Assembly (NCBI RefSeq): GCF_004010195.1
Contig: NC_057754.1
Span: forward strand, 4,036,223 to 4,100,222
Direction of reading: 5' to 3'
Source: Chiloscyllium plagiosum
Lineage: Eukaryota
DNA: 64,000 nucleotides
Shown here: positions 25,709 to 37,983 of the stretch, piece after piece
Layout of the letters: each line of letters starts with the position of its first letter
Numbering within the stretch: position 1 is the first letter of the stretch
Program-made: the position numbers and the translations under genes
The notes under the pieces: model-generated
Databases searched by the model: none
Seen by the model: only the letters and a program-made list of their open reading frames with translations
What the model was told of the DNA's origin: nothing

Positions 25709-26380
25709 CACCGGGCGGTGGGGATCCCCAGTGGAGGGCTCTCTATGTGGGAGTCCTCCCCCTTTCTCTCGGGGATCTGGGGTGGAGGGTGCTGCACGCA
25801 GCAGTCCCCTGCAACCGCAGGTTGCGGTGGTTCACGGACTCCCAGCCCAATTGCTTGCTCTGTGGCGCTGTGGAGTCCGTGGAACATGTATATATGGGGT
25901 GTGGGTGTTTGCACCCCCTTTTTGATTTTCTTAGAAACCTCCTCCTCTGCTTTTGGCTGCACTTCAGTCCCACGCTCCTGATCTTTGGGCACCCGGTACG
26001 GAGGAAGGAGGGCAGGTCTGAAGACCTCCTCGTGGGTCTGCTCCTGGGCCTGGCCAAACTGGCCATAAACAGGTCCAGGCAGCGGGCCGTGGAGGGGGTC
26101 GTTGGGGACGACTGCCTGCCCCTCTTCCGCGGTTACGTTAGGGCCCGGGTGTCCTTGGAGAAGGAGCGCGTGGTGTCCACCAACACCCTGGAGTTGTCCA
26201 GGGAGAGGTGGGCGCCGCAGGGAGTGGACTGCATCATTTCTCCCTCCAACTCTATTTTGATGTAGTCCCTACCCTCCCCTTCACTGTTTTGATCACACAG
26301 CACTGCCCTTTGATGTGAAGGGCAGTGTTTGTCACTGGCCACCCGGGTGTTTTCTTATCTTCCTGGTGGTAAAAAAGAAG
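25709..26380 (+). mobile_element. 5'-truncated Tx1-clade (L1 group) non-LTR retrotransposon in the Gypsy 3' LTR
   Basis: Open ORF 25747..26265 with GDLGWRVLH...C-x2-C...ESVEH...C zinc knuckle and LLGLAKLAI; A-rich tail; TSD ataaacaggagtg at 25696-25708 and 26381-26393. Confidence 0.85.
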
Positions 26381-26514
26381 ATAAACAGGAGTGTCAGGGG
26401 TTCTATTCACTCTAGGAGCCAGTTCTAAGCAAGCTGAGCCAGTGTCATGTATTATGCACATGTAAATAAAGGGTGACTTGGTGATGGGACACCGGCCTTT
26501 GTGAAACTGTTTCA

Positions 26515-26650
26515 TCATCCACCGTTATATCCGTGCCTGGGTGTCCTTAGAGATGGAATATACCATGCCCACTAATATCCTTGACGTCTTTAGAGAGAGA
26601 GGTGGGCACCACAGGGGATGCAGTGCTTTATTTCCTTGTCCTGGTTTAAT
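26515..26650 (+). mobile_element. Older Tx1-like 3' fragment split by the Gypsy insertion
   Basis: Diverged copy of 26125-26240; the matching upstream piece gactgcctgctcctt lies at ~20886-20900. Confidence 0.6.
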
Positions 26651-29214
26651 CCATTCTTGCTCTCCCGACCTCTCCCTCACCTTCTAATCGTTTGCATTGA
26701 CAATAACAGGCTTTTCATGTAAACATTCAGCTGGCCAAATGATTTACTGGTGGTAATTAGTAATTAAAAACAAAAAGTAAAATCACAGTGGTTTGGTGAT
26801 AGGGACAAAACTGTTCGATTGTGTGTAATTGTGTAATAGTACTTTTGGATGTATGAAAAAAACAAAAGCTAGGCCCATCTGCCTCTGTTAGGAAATGAGA
26901 GACTACAATGATGTTATGCCTAGTTTGCAGAATGGATCTACTCCCATGAGGGGGACTGAACGATCAATCACAGCCATTAGGCCTTTGATAGATAATTGTG
27001 GGTGTGAGTAGGAGAATGGGGGTCACCTGAGGGTGATAGTGAAATTGCTAGGAAGTGCATGATAACTTATCTACAAAGCTTTGGAGCCAATTCCCTCATC
27101 TCGCAGGAAGGTGTGGGCTTTCAATCACTTCTGTATAACTGGTTGCAATCAGAATTGGCAGGCTACTCACATCATCAAACATACAGCTCGGAGGAAGGCC
27201 ATTTGGCCCATTGTGCCAGTTCTTTGAAAGAGCGATCAAATCAGAGCCCTCCTCTGTCCCCACTATCCTACAATTTTTTTCCTTTCAAGAATCTATCCAC
27301 TTTCCTTTTATTATGGAGTCCGGTCCCATTGTCCTTTCAAGAAGCACATTCTAAGTCATCATAACTTGCTTACTTTAAAAAAAGACTTTTTTTTTGTTCT
27401 TTTGCTAATTATCTTAAATCTGTGTTCAATTGTTTCCAATAGCAGGAGGTAAATAGTTTTGCCTTGTCTACACTTTTTTTAAAAAATCCCTCTGAATTGT
27501 GTACACCTGAAAGACCTTGTGTACCCTGAAGTGACGTCTTTTTGGATCCCCTCTAGCTGCCTATGTAATGGTGGCTGTTTTGGGTGAGATGCTGTTAAGC
27601 TGGGGGATGGTAGGGGGGGGGAAGAGAAGCTGGGGAGTGATTCAGCGAGCAGATCCATCAGTCAAGAGCACTGATCTGATTAAATATTGAGTGCCCAGGG
27701 ACCCCGGGTTACTGGAAAACGTGAGCTTAATTAATGCTAATGAATGTTTCTAATCACACTGTCGTTCTATTCAATTAATTATTTAACTCTTCAAGTGGTG
27801 CCATCTGGCGCAGACTGAAGGGGAAAGGATTCTGCCTATTTGGTGCAGTATGGAGAGGACAAGGGCACCTTAACGATCTGGCTTCTGCTCACTCTCTGTT
27901 TGCGGCTCCTTTCAGTCTTTGTGCAGAGATCTGACTGAACAGTCAATGGCAAAAAAAAAGCACACTGCTGTTGTCAGTTCTGTGAAGACCAAGTGTGGAG
28001 CTTTTCATCTTTTACTCATCCACCAACTTTTCTTCTCTTCACAATCCCCCCCTGATGTTTCATTGCTTTCTTTCAATTTCCACATCCAATTCCAGCCTTG
28101 ATCAGTAATACCGCTGACTTTAATACTGCTGACCCTATGTATTGGAACATCTTCCCTATAACTCCCTAATTCTCTCCTCCTTTATGATGGTCTTTAAAGC
28201 TGACTGTTTTGGCCAAGCTTTTGGTCACTGGTCACTAATATGGTTAAATGTGTGTCAGGTTGTTTCTGGGATTAAAGGACTTTAGGGACATTTTACTATG
28301 TTAAAATTGCTGTATTAAAAGCAAGTTTTCCTGTACATTTGCTTCCTCCTGATTTTCATCCGCAAAGTTCTGTCCCCCTTGACCTTTGACCTGCGGGTTT
28401 CAAAATGGCCACCCTTGCTTAAGAAGCCTGTTCAGTCCTGTGGACTTGGTTAGGGATGGTGGTCATAACCAGGTGGTTGTGGAGCGTGAGCGGGTAGACT
28501 GGGTCTCCGTTTAAATTGGGAGTTGGAAGTGGGAAGTTGAGGGACAGCAAGGGGGAGTGGAGAAGCCATGGCACGTTGGAAGCTAAGCATCAGTCTATTA
28601 CAGTAACAACAGTTTACCTTCAGTGGAGGCAGCTAGCCAAACTACTGTCATGACCCTTGTACTGTTGACCATCTGTAGGTGGAGCATCCCTTGTGGGTAA
28701 GATCAAACATAAGACATTGGTTTAATTCCAGAAACCTTTCAATTATTGAAAGCCTCTGATTTTATTTTTGCTCCCCAACCACTCACAAGGCCTTCCAGTG
28801 GTGTTTTTAAGCATTGTTTTCTTTTAAGAATTGCTTTATAGGATTTTGTTATGGTCCTAATATCTTCTGCCCCACTACCCCTTCAACACTTCTCTAAAAT
28901 GTTTCACATAGCATCTTGGTCAATGGCCGCTACTGTCATGACTGAGATCCCCACCTTGCTCCGGTCTCCTATTCACCAGGCCATTTCACTGAGGTCAGAA
29001 GGCAGTTATGGCAGCCACACTCAATTTGCTGACTATTCCCACCCCATCCTGTCTCATCTAGACGTTCAGTTCAGTTGAGCTCAGCTCAGCTCATGTCAGA
29101 AAGATTGGCAATGGGACCAGTCTCCTTTCCCATCAGGTCATTCTCATCAGTAAAACTCTGGCAAAAGCAAAAGATATATATTTGTGTAACAAAGACTTCA
29201 ATGTAACAAATTAA

Positions 29215-29820
29215 AGGGTGTTTTTATGGGACAGCGTTGTAGTACATGCTGTGTATCTAACCCCATGCTCCTTCTGCCCTGGGAGTATTCACTGGGGACT
29301 GTGTAAAGAGATCTTTACTCTGTATCTAACCCTGTCATATACCTATCCTGGGAATTATTCTGTATCAAACCGTCCGTCGCAGGAGTGTTTGATGTTGTCG
29401 ATGTAGAGGTAGCCTTACTCTGCATCTAACCCTGTGTTGTAGGTTTGATGGGAACAGTATTGGGGGAGCTTGAATTTAAGTTTGAAGGGGAGATTTAATA
29501 TAACCATATGCTGTCCCTGTTGTATTTGTTGGGCATATTGTGGAGGAAGCTTTACTCTGTATTAAACCTCATGCTTATCTGTCCTGGGAGTATATGATGG
29601 GAACAATCTGGAGGGAGCTTTACTTTCAGCTTAAAAGTTGAGAAGAAGTTTTACTCTGTATCTAACCCTATCCTCTATCTGTCCTGGGAGTGTTTGATGG
29701 GGACAGTATCAAGGGAGCTTTACTTTTGAAAGTTTAAAAGAGTAGAGGGGAATTTGATTTTTATTTAATCCTGTACTTGCCCTATAAATTTTATTTTGGA
29801 CAATGTGGAGAGAGCTTTAC
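29215..29820 (+). repeat. ~68-bp minisatellite array
   Basis: Same unit and orientation as 5170..6545. Confidence 0.85.
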
Positions 29821-29858
29821 CCTTTATTTAAGTCTTGCCTTTTCCTTGTTTTCTCCAG

Positions 29859-30320
29859 GTCATATTGATTTTGACTATGCAAAAATTCATACTCAACAGC
29901 CTGAAATGAAGGAAACCAGCACGAGATTTGATCAGCAAGGCTGAAGATATTCGATGTAGGTCTGTGATTGAAAGCACCATTATGCTCCCTTAATTACTGA
30001 ACTGTTGACCTTCACAATTGCCTCACTGCTCTATGTCACTTCTCCTGTCCCCTGTAATGGCCTTCGCCTCTTCAGTGATTCGGTGCTGTTTGGGACGAAG
30101 AGAGCAGTCGTTCTGAGGATGTAAGGGCCCTATGCAGAGTCCTCCAATTGAGTTTCCGTGCAAGGGGAAGAGATGTTCTTTCCCCACCCAACCAAGGCTC
30201 CTGCCTGGCAATCTCGGGCACTCTCAAGCCAGTAACTCACTCCCCCAACGGGTGGGTGCCATTGTCCTGTGCGTGAGGAACTGCAAGGGAGGGAGGATCC
30301 CACTTTAAGGGGTACAGGAC
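29859..30320 (+). other. SIPA1: Probable 5' UTR portion of the first coding exon of SIPA1
   Basis: Strong acceptor cttttccttgttttctccAG ending at 29858; in-frame TAA at 30306-30308 just upstream of ATG 30321. Confidence 0.55.
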
Positions 30321-31521
30321 ATGCAGTCGGACGATTTTTTCTACAGGAAGTTCAAGAGGAACAACCACCGGCCTTTGCTGTCGGCAGTGAACTTTGAACC
30401 CAAGGCAACTAGGTCAACTCCTGAGCCTGTCGGGACAACAGTGCGGGCCAGGATTTCAGAATGGCCGCCCCGGCGGGAGTCGCTGGAGGATGGCGCTGCA
30501 AGGAATCACGGCAGTGAAGATAAAGGGCCCTGTCGACCCCTTGACGAGGCTACTGGCACCAAGGGCAACGTGAAGGAGGAGACGCAGGAGTGTGAGACTG
30601 TGCAGCTGGTGGCCAAGATGACAGCACAGGGACGCAACCCGGTGATCCAGCGCAGCAACAGTGAGGTGACCATCACAGATAGCAGCTGCAGCCAGGACTC
30701 AGACCAGCGGGCTGCTCACCCTTCCCCTGGGGCAGCCCTCCACCGGGACTACGGCAGTGCCTCCTCCATTGAGCGTCAGCAGTCACGGGACGGAGAAGGT
30801 GAAGCCAATCGGCCAGGGTCAGAGGTCACCAGTGCTGCTCGATTCCAAGACCCCTACTTGCTGCTGGGCCTGACAGAGAGCCCTGGTGCCGAGGAGAAAG
30901 CAACAAAGGGGAGGCCAAAGCTTGCGGTGGAGCCACCCGCTGAGGCCTCAGTGTTCCGAAAGCTCAAGACCCAGAAAAGTGACCCAGAGAGCCCAAGGTC
31001 ACCACCCCCAGCATCAGCACTGGTGCCGAGCCAGAATGACACTTGCCAACTCTGGGCCAGTGCAAGGAACGTGGTCCACTATGACGTGCAGAGCATCCTG
31101 TTTGACCTGCACCGTGCTGTCTCCAACCGTGACAGCACTGGGCGGCGCAAGAACATCATCACCGGCGCCTCTGCCGCTTCCCAGCTGCCCGCACAGCCTA
31201 CCTCGCCCAGCAACAGTGGCAGCACCGAGGAGCTCCACCAGTTGTTGGCCAAAGGGGTCGTGCCAACAGCGGCCAGTGGTAGCACCGGAGGAGACCAGGG
31301 TGATGGCAAGGACACCCAGCTGGTCCTAAGTTGCCCACATTTCCGCAATGAGGTGGGTGGCGAGGTGGAGCCACAGAATGCCAGCCAGTGCCCCAATGCT
31401 GCTGTGTCTGTGCTGGAGGAACCCCGGGAGAGCTATCTGGCTCGGCAAGGGACGGCTGCTTACTTCATTGAACATGCAGACCTGGGCGCCAACTATTACC
31501 GAAAGTATTTCAGCGGCAAAG
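30321..31521 (+). CDS. SIPA1: SIPA1 coding exon 1 (N-terminal region, 400 codons + 1 nt)
   Basis: ORF MQSDDFFYRKF...HYDVQSILFD...PNAAVSVLEEP...EHADLGANYYRKYFSGK matches recalled SIPA1/SIPA1L motifs; donor G|gtaata, phase 1. Confidence 0.93.
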
Positions 31522-31604
31522 GTAATAGTTTAAGAATTAAAACTGCATTCAGGTTGTAACTACAGCTACTCGCTAATTACAGAAGCTGCACTTCATCTTT
31601 GCTT

Positions 31605-32285
31605 CCAGGTGCAGAGTAATGCTCCCTCTGCACTGACCCTATCAAACACCCCCCAGGACAGGGACAGCATGGGGTTAGGTACAGAGTAAAGTTCCGTCTA
31701 CACTGTCTCCCATCAAATGCTCCCAGGACAGGGACAGCTTGGGGGTTAGATACAGAGTAAATCTTCCTCCACAATATTCCCACCAAACACTCCCCAGGAC
31801 AGGGACTGCACAAGGTTAGGTACAGAGTAAAGTTGCCTTTACACTGTCCCCCATCAAACACTCCCAGGACAGGGGCAGCACGAGGTTAGGTACAGAGTAA
31901 AGTTCCTTCTACACTTTCCCAGTCAAACACTCCCAGGACAGGGGCAGCACGGGGTTAGATACAGAGTAAAGCTCCCTCCACAATATTCCCACCAAATACT
32001 CCCCAGGACAGGGCAACACTGGGTTAGATACAGAGTAAAGCTCTGTCTACACTGTCCCCCATCAAACACCCCCCAGGACAGGGGCAGCACAAGCTTAGGT
32101 ACAGAGTAAAGCTCTGTCTACACTGTCCCCCATCAAACACACCCAGGACAGAGGCAGCACAAGCTTAGGTATAGAGTAAAGCTCGCTCTACACTGTCCCC
32201 CCATCAAACATTCCCAGGACAGGGGCAGCACAAGCTTAGGTATAGAGTAAAGCTCCCTCTACACTGTCCCCATCAAACACTCCGA
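31605..32285 (-). repeat. ~68-bp minisatellite array, inverted
   Basis: About 10 copies of acactgtccccatcaaacactcccaggacaggggcagcacggggttagatacagagtaaagctc. Confidence 0.92.
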
Positions 32286-33976
32286 GTTGTTACAGCGTGT
32301 ACAGAAATAATGCCTAAATAGAACCTGTCTGAACCTTGTTTACATCGCACTTAATAATGCAGAACACTCTGGAAGATGCAAATACAATTGAGCAGAACTG
32401 GGAGGTTATACATGTCAGAAATAGTTGAACAAGTTGGAGCTATTTTCCTTTCGCCTACCTTTCTTCTCACAATGACCTGACAAAGGTCTTTAAATGAAAG
32501 GATTTTGATAATGTGAATGTCGAGAATGTATTTCCCTTTGTTGGAGAGACCAGAACTAAAGGCTAAAAACTTAAATATAAGCATGACACTAATGAATCCA
32601 AAAAGGATTTCAGGAGAAATTCTTATTCCAGATTTGTGGTTACCATAGGGTATGGTTGAAGTGATCAGTATATCTGCACTTCAGGAGGAGCTGGATAATC
32701 ACATGATGGGGAAAGGAATGAAAGAATATGTTGAACTAGTGAGATGAAGAGGATTAAGAGGAGACACAAGTGGTGTGTGAACATACCGCTCTGTTGGGTC
32801 AAATAGCTTGTTTCGGTGTTGTAAGTTCTCTATGTTAACAGCGGGTATTTGCAGCACAACTGAGTCTGTTGCTATAATCCACCCCACGCCAGCTCTCTCC
32901 AGCATGAGTGATTGATGAGGAGTATAAGACTTGGCTTTATTTCCCCATGGGTACACACATGGCTGTCATCTATTAAAGGAGTATTTCGCATTGGCCTGTG
33001 ATATTGAGCTTGTCCACTCATATTGAATGAGGGGAAACCCTCAAGGTTTTGACAGGAAAAGCAAGCTCCTGAGAGAGATATGACAATCAAAACCTCGTAA
33101 CGTGTCATTGTAGACCTGGGCTTGGAAGAGTCTTGCTGTTCAGCTTCAATTGTTTTATCTTTCCTGTACTCAGTCTCATTGTAGAGGGTTGCATTTTACC
33201 TCTGCTTTTAAGCTGTCAGCACCTTGGAGACCTGTGCTGTTTATTTCCCCATGTGGTTATATGTCTTGAAACGTTTCCTGTCAGTGCTGCAAGCAGTTCT
33301 TTCTCTTACAATGCTTTGTTGAGGCCATCGATCAGTGTCCCCAAATTGCATGAGCTGACAAGAGGATATTGTGGTCAGGCTGAAGCAAGCGCCTAGGCAG
33401 TCAAAAGCCCCTGTTCTGGAGCCAGCCATCTTGAGTGCCAAGCGAGCATAAACAATTGCTAGAGAAGGAAGTGTTGGTTGCTTTGCTCCTGGCTGTCCCT
33501 TCCTGATAGTTACCCTTGCAAGTATGCCACAGCTGTCTCATGTCTGGCATGGCAGCCATCTTTTGACATGGACAAATTTGGGCTATTTGGAAAGGGAGAA
33601 TGTTGGGTGTTGAAAATTGGACCTGAATGTGTCACAATCCAAAGATGTAACAAAAAGTGTATGCTCATAGAACGTGCCGCCCACTCCGCAGTTCTTAAAA
33701 TGGCCCCAGTTTCCACCCTGGAAGGAAAAACTTTTACCTTGTCTTGTATACTTCAAAATAGAGCTTCTGTATAACCAAGTATTACTGTTTTGTTTCAATC
33801 TGTTTTATTAATAAACCTCTCCAACAATCTTGTGATACTGTCTTTCCCACTGTACATGAATATTAGCTGTGCACTCTGCTTTCTATTCTCACTGAGTTAG
33901 TAGAATTCAGTCTCCATTCTGTTGGTATTTGTCACCATTGACTTCAAAAGTGATCATTCTGCTTTGATTTCTACAG

Positions 33977-34107
33977 AACATCAGAACTTCTTTGGAACAG
34001 ACGAGACCCTTGGGCCAGTAGCAGTGAGCCTCAGGCGAGAGGACAAAGACAAGGATGCAGGGAGCAGCTCGCAGTATTACTACAGGATCATTGTCAGGAC
34101 CACAGAG
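33977..34107 (+). CDS. SIPA1: SIPA1 coding exon 2
   Basis: ctacag|AA CAT...; (E)HQNFFGTDETLGPVAVSLRREDK...YYYRIIVRTTE; donor GAG|gtgaat; phase 1 in, 0 out. Confidence 0.95.
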
Positions 34108-34869
34108 GTGAATGCAGTTAGATAGTTAGGGAATGAGGAATGGAGGGATTGACTGGAGTGGGGAGCAAACTGTCGGTGAGATATGATGTACTTCATCTGT
34201 AGGTTTGTGGTATTTCTCTAACCTTCTCCTGCCCTTTAATCCAGTAAGATTGTCTCCTCCAATTCCAGCTTCTTGTGCAGCCCTAATTTTCATCACTGCC
34301 CCATTGCCAGATGGAACTTTAACTACCCAGAACTTCTGCTTTGCAATTCTCTCCCTAAATATTTCTAGCATTCTCCCATTTTAAGATGCTTTTTAAAACT
34401 GACCAATTTGTTTTGATCACTTGTCTCAATATTATCTACAATGTCTTGCTTTCATAATCTCAGATGTTCCAAAACACTTTCCAGCCAATTAAATACTTAT
34501 TTGCTCACAAGATTCTGTTGTACCATGTCTCCCAAGTTGTAACCAAATTAATGTGTCTATTCCTGTTTTGAGGCTCTGTTCCAACTCATTTGCATATTGC
34601 CAAGCACAAACTCTGCTGTGTACCATTAGAATGTAACAAACAGATAGAGGAGTGGCCATTTGGCCCTTCAAACTTGCCTTGCCATTTGACAAGATGATGA
34701 GCTTTTTAAATTCGATTTTTAAAAACCCCAAATTACTGAAAAATATATCTCGATACACGTAAGAATGATGACTTGCTGAAGTTTGATTAATACAGCTGAA
34801 AATGATCTTATCACAAAACCAAGTATTTCAAGTGCCACCTGATGTCAAACAACTGAAATTGATCATTTA

Positions 34870-35175
34870 TTATAGAAACCCTACAGGTCGGAAAGAGGCC
34901 ATTCAGGCCATCAAGTCACACTGACCCTCCAAACAGCATCCCACCCGAATCTAACCTCATAACGCTGCATTCCCCATGGCTAACCTGCCTAGCCTGCACA
35001 TTCCTGGACACTATGAATGATTTAGTGTGGCCACTGATCCTAATCTGGAATCTTTGGACTATGGGAGTAAACCCACTCAGGCAGGAGAGAACGTACAAAC
35101 TCCACACAGACAGTCGCCCAAGGCTGCCATTGAACCTGGGTCCCTGGTCCTGTGAGGCAGCAATGCTAGCCACTT
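34870..35175 (-). mobile_element. HE1-type SINE
   Basis: Homologous to 20..307. Confidence 0.75.
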
Positions 35176-35176
35176 A

Positions 35177-35540
35177 TAGAGTCATAGAGATGTACAGCAC
35201 GGAAACAGAACCTTTGTTCCAACTCCTCCATGCTGATCAGATATCCCAACCCAATCTAGTCCCACCTGCCAGCACCCGGCCCATATCCCTCCAAACCCTT
35301 CCTATTCGTATATCCATCCAGATGCCTTTTAAATGTTGCAATTGTACTAGCCTCCACTACTTCCTCTGGCAGCCATTCCACATGTGCATCACCCTCTGCG
35401 TGAAAAAGTTGTCCCTCAGGTCTCTTTTATATCTTTCCCCTCTCACCCTAAATCTATGCCGTCTAGTTCTGGACTCCCAAACCCAGGGAAAAGACCTTGT
35501 CTATTTACCTTATCCATGCCCTGCATGATTTTATGGACCC
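35177..35540 (-). mobile_element. CR1/HER1 LINE 3' end
   Basis: atagagtcatagagatgtacagcacggaaacag... closely similar to the copy at 37345. Confidence 0.8.
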
Positions 35541-36865
35541 AGCACTGATCCTTTAAAAAGATACAAAGCTGTAATCTAGTTAAATTGGGAAATACTAACT
35601 AGTTCATTTGCACTGTTTTTAAAAGACTTGGGTTAAAACCCCCCAAAACATTGGTTTTGCACCCAAACGATTGTTTAGTTTTTTGCACCCCCATAAGGCC
35701 TGTGAGTGAATACAATTATAGGAAACTTACCATAGTGCCTAATTTATCCTGATTCAATGACCTGCTGGGGGTCTCACTTGCCTGGACTAGTACAGCTCCA
35801 ATAACGCTCAAGAAACTCAGCTCCATCAAGGACAAAGCAGTTCACTTGAGCAACACCTCATCCACCACCTTTAAAGTTCATTCTCTCCAGCAAAGACACA
35901 AAGTGGCAGCAATGTATACCATCTCCAATACACATTGCAGCAATTCACCAAAATTCCTTCTGAACACACCACCTCTTACCATCTTGAGGGACAAGGGCAG
36001 CAGATGAACCATGCAAGTTCCCTTACAAGTCGCTAAGCATTCTAATTTGGAACTATATCGTTCGTTCAGTGCTGCTGGGTCAGAATCCTGGAACTCCCTC
36101 TCTAACAGCACTGTGGTGTACCTATACTACATGGCCTGCAGTCATTTAGGAAGGAGATAGGTCATTATCTTCTCAAGGGTGATTAGGACAAGCATTAAAT
36201 GATACAAGCCTATGATGCCCACATCCCATGCAAGAATAAATCTTTTAAAAATAATTGTGGTCCGAGTTGAGCCTGCATCCACTGCAGCACAGAAATAAAG
36301 AATAGAATTTGGCCATTCAATTTGATCATGGCTGAAATCTAACTCTATATCTTTAAACAGAAAGTAAAGTTTCCTAAACGCTGTCCCCATCAATCACTCC
36401 CAGGACAGGAACAGCACGGGGTTAGACACAGACTAAAACACTCTCTACACTGTCTGCAACAAACACTTCTGGGACATGAACATGACAGAGTTAGGTGTAC
36501 AGAGTAAAGATCCCTCTATTCTTTTGAACTGAAAGGAAAACTACCTTCAGTTTGTCCCCATCAAACACTCCAAGGACAGGGACAGCACGGGGTTATATAC
36601 AGAGTAAAGCTCCATCTACACTATCCCCATTAAACACTCCCAGGGCAGGGATAGCACAGGGTTAGACATTGAGAAAAGTAAACTCTTCTCTCTTAAGCTG
36701 GAAAGTAAAGCTCCCCAGACGCTGTCACAATCAAACATTCCCAGGAATTGTACAGCCCTGGGTTCATACCAAGTAAAACTACCTCTATATTTATCATCAT
36801 CAAACATGGCCAGGACTGGCGAAACACGGAATGTGATAAAGTGAAGCTCCTTTTGAACTGAAAGT

Positions 36866-37082
36866 TAAAAATCACACAACACCAGGTTATAGTCCAACAG
36901 GTTTAATTGGAAACACACTAGCTTTCGGGGTGCCTCTCCTTCATCAGATGGTTGTCAACCACCTGATGAAGGAACGGTGCTCCGAAAGATAGTGCTTCCA
37001 ATTAAACCTGTTGGATTATAACCTGGTGTTGTGTGATTTTTAATTTTGTATACCCCAGTCCAACACCAGCATCTCCAAATCA
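36866..37082. mobile_element. Palindromic Penelope-type element, family B, hammerhead cores on both strands
   Basis: TSD tttgaactgaaagt at 36852-36865 and 37083-37096; CTGATGA at 36963 and GAAA at 36984; - strand CTGATGA...GAAA-G-CTA. Confidence 0.85.
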
Positions 37083-37344
37083 TTTGAACTGAAAGTAATG
37101 CTCCTTTCACACTATCTATCAGACACTCCCAGGACAGGTACAGCACTGGGTTCAATACAGATTAAAGGCCCCTCTACACTGTCAGTATCAAATAATCCCA
37201 GGGCAGGTACAGCATGGAGTTAGATATCGAGTAATGATCCCTCTACCCTTAAAATGAAATTAATACTTCCTCCATACTACCACCTCAAACACTCACATGA
37301 CAGGTACAGCATTGGGTTAGATACAGAGTAAGTCTCCCTCTATT

Positions 37345-37983
37345 AGAGTCATAAAGATGTACAGCATGGAAACAGACCCTTCGGTCCAACCCATCCATGC
37401 CGACCAGATATCCCAACCCAATCTAGTCCCACCTGCTAGCACCCGGCCCATATCCCTCCAAATCCTTCCTATTCATATACCCATCCAAAAGCCTCTTAAA
37501 TGTTGCAATTGTACCAGCTTCCACCACTTCCTCTGGCAGCTCATTCCATACACGTACCACCCTCTGTGTGAAAACGTTGCCCCTTAGGTGTCTTTTATAT
37601 CTTTCCCCTCTCACCCTAAACCTATGCTCTCTAGTTCTGGACTCCCCAGGGAAAAGACTTTGTCTATTTACCCTATCCATGCCCCTCATAATTTTGTAAA
37701 CCTCTATAAGGTCACCCCTCAGCCTCTGATGCTCCAGAGAAAAAAGCCCCAGCCTGTTCAGCCTCTCCGTGTAGCTCAAATCCTCCAACTCTAGCAACAT
37801 CCTTGTAAATCTGTTCTGAACCCTTTCAAGTTTCACAACATCTTTCCAAAAGCGTACCAAACGCCTTCTTCACTATCCTATCTACCTGCGACTCCACTTT
37901 CAAGGAGCTACGAACCTGCACTCCAAGGTCTCTTTGTTCAGCAACACTCCCTAGGACCTTACCATTAAGTGTAGAAGTCCTGC
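37345..37983 (-). mobile_element. CR1/HER1 LINE 3' fragment
   Basis: ORF KDVVKLERVQNRFTRML...RLGLFSLE..RLRGDLIEVYKIMRG...FTQRVVRVWNELP. Confidence 0.9.

Larger units (their letters stand above)
20904..26514 (+). mobile_element. Full-length but decayed Gypsy/Ty3 LTR retrotransposon with nested insertions
   Basis: 5' LTR 20904-21339 and 3' LTR 25606-26514 (TG...CA); PPT aaagggggagaga 25593-25605; order protease (V[N]TGAAVSVI ~22090), RT (WAAAVVPIMKPDGSVHLCGDFK, IYLDD ~22840), RNase H (LTCDASPYGI, YTQVEKEGLAVIF), integrase (APYHPSSNGQAERAVQTLK). Confidence 0.92.

Noticed and set aside
20899..26520. TSD for the Gypsy element
   Set aside because: Flanks (ttgcc and tcatc) do not match, so no TSD is claimed.
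31522..31559. ORF-track C-terminus GNSLRIKTAFRL* as the protein end
   Set aside because: Intron read-through; homology resumes in phase at 33977.
31605..32285. Tandem arrays as a CRISPR-like locus
   Set aside because: Head-to-tail units with no unique spacers, no cas genes, vertebrate context.
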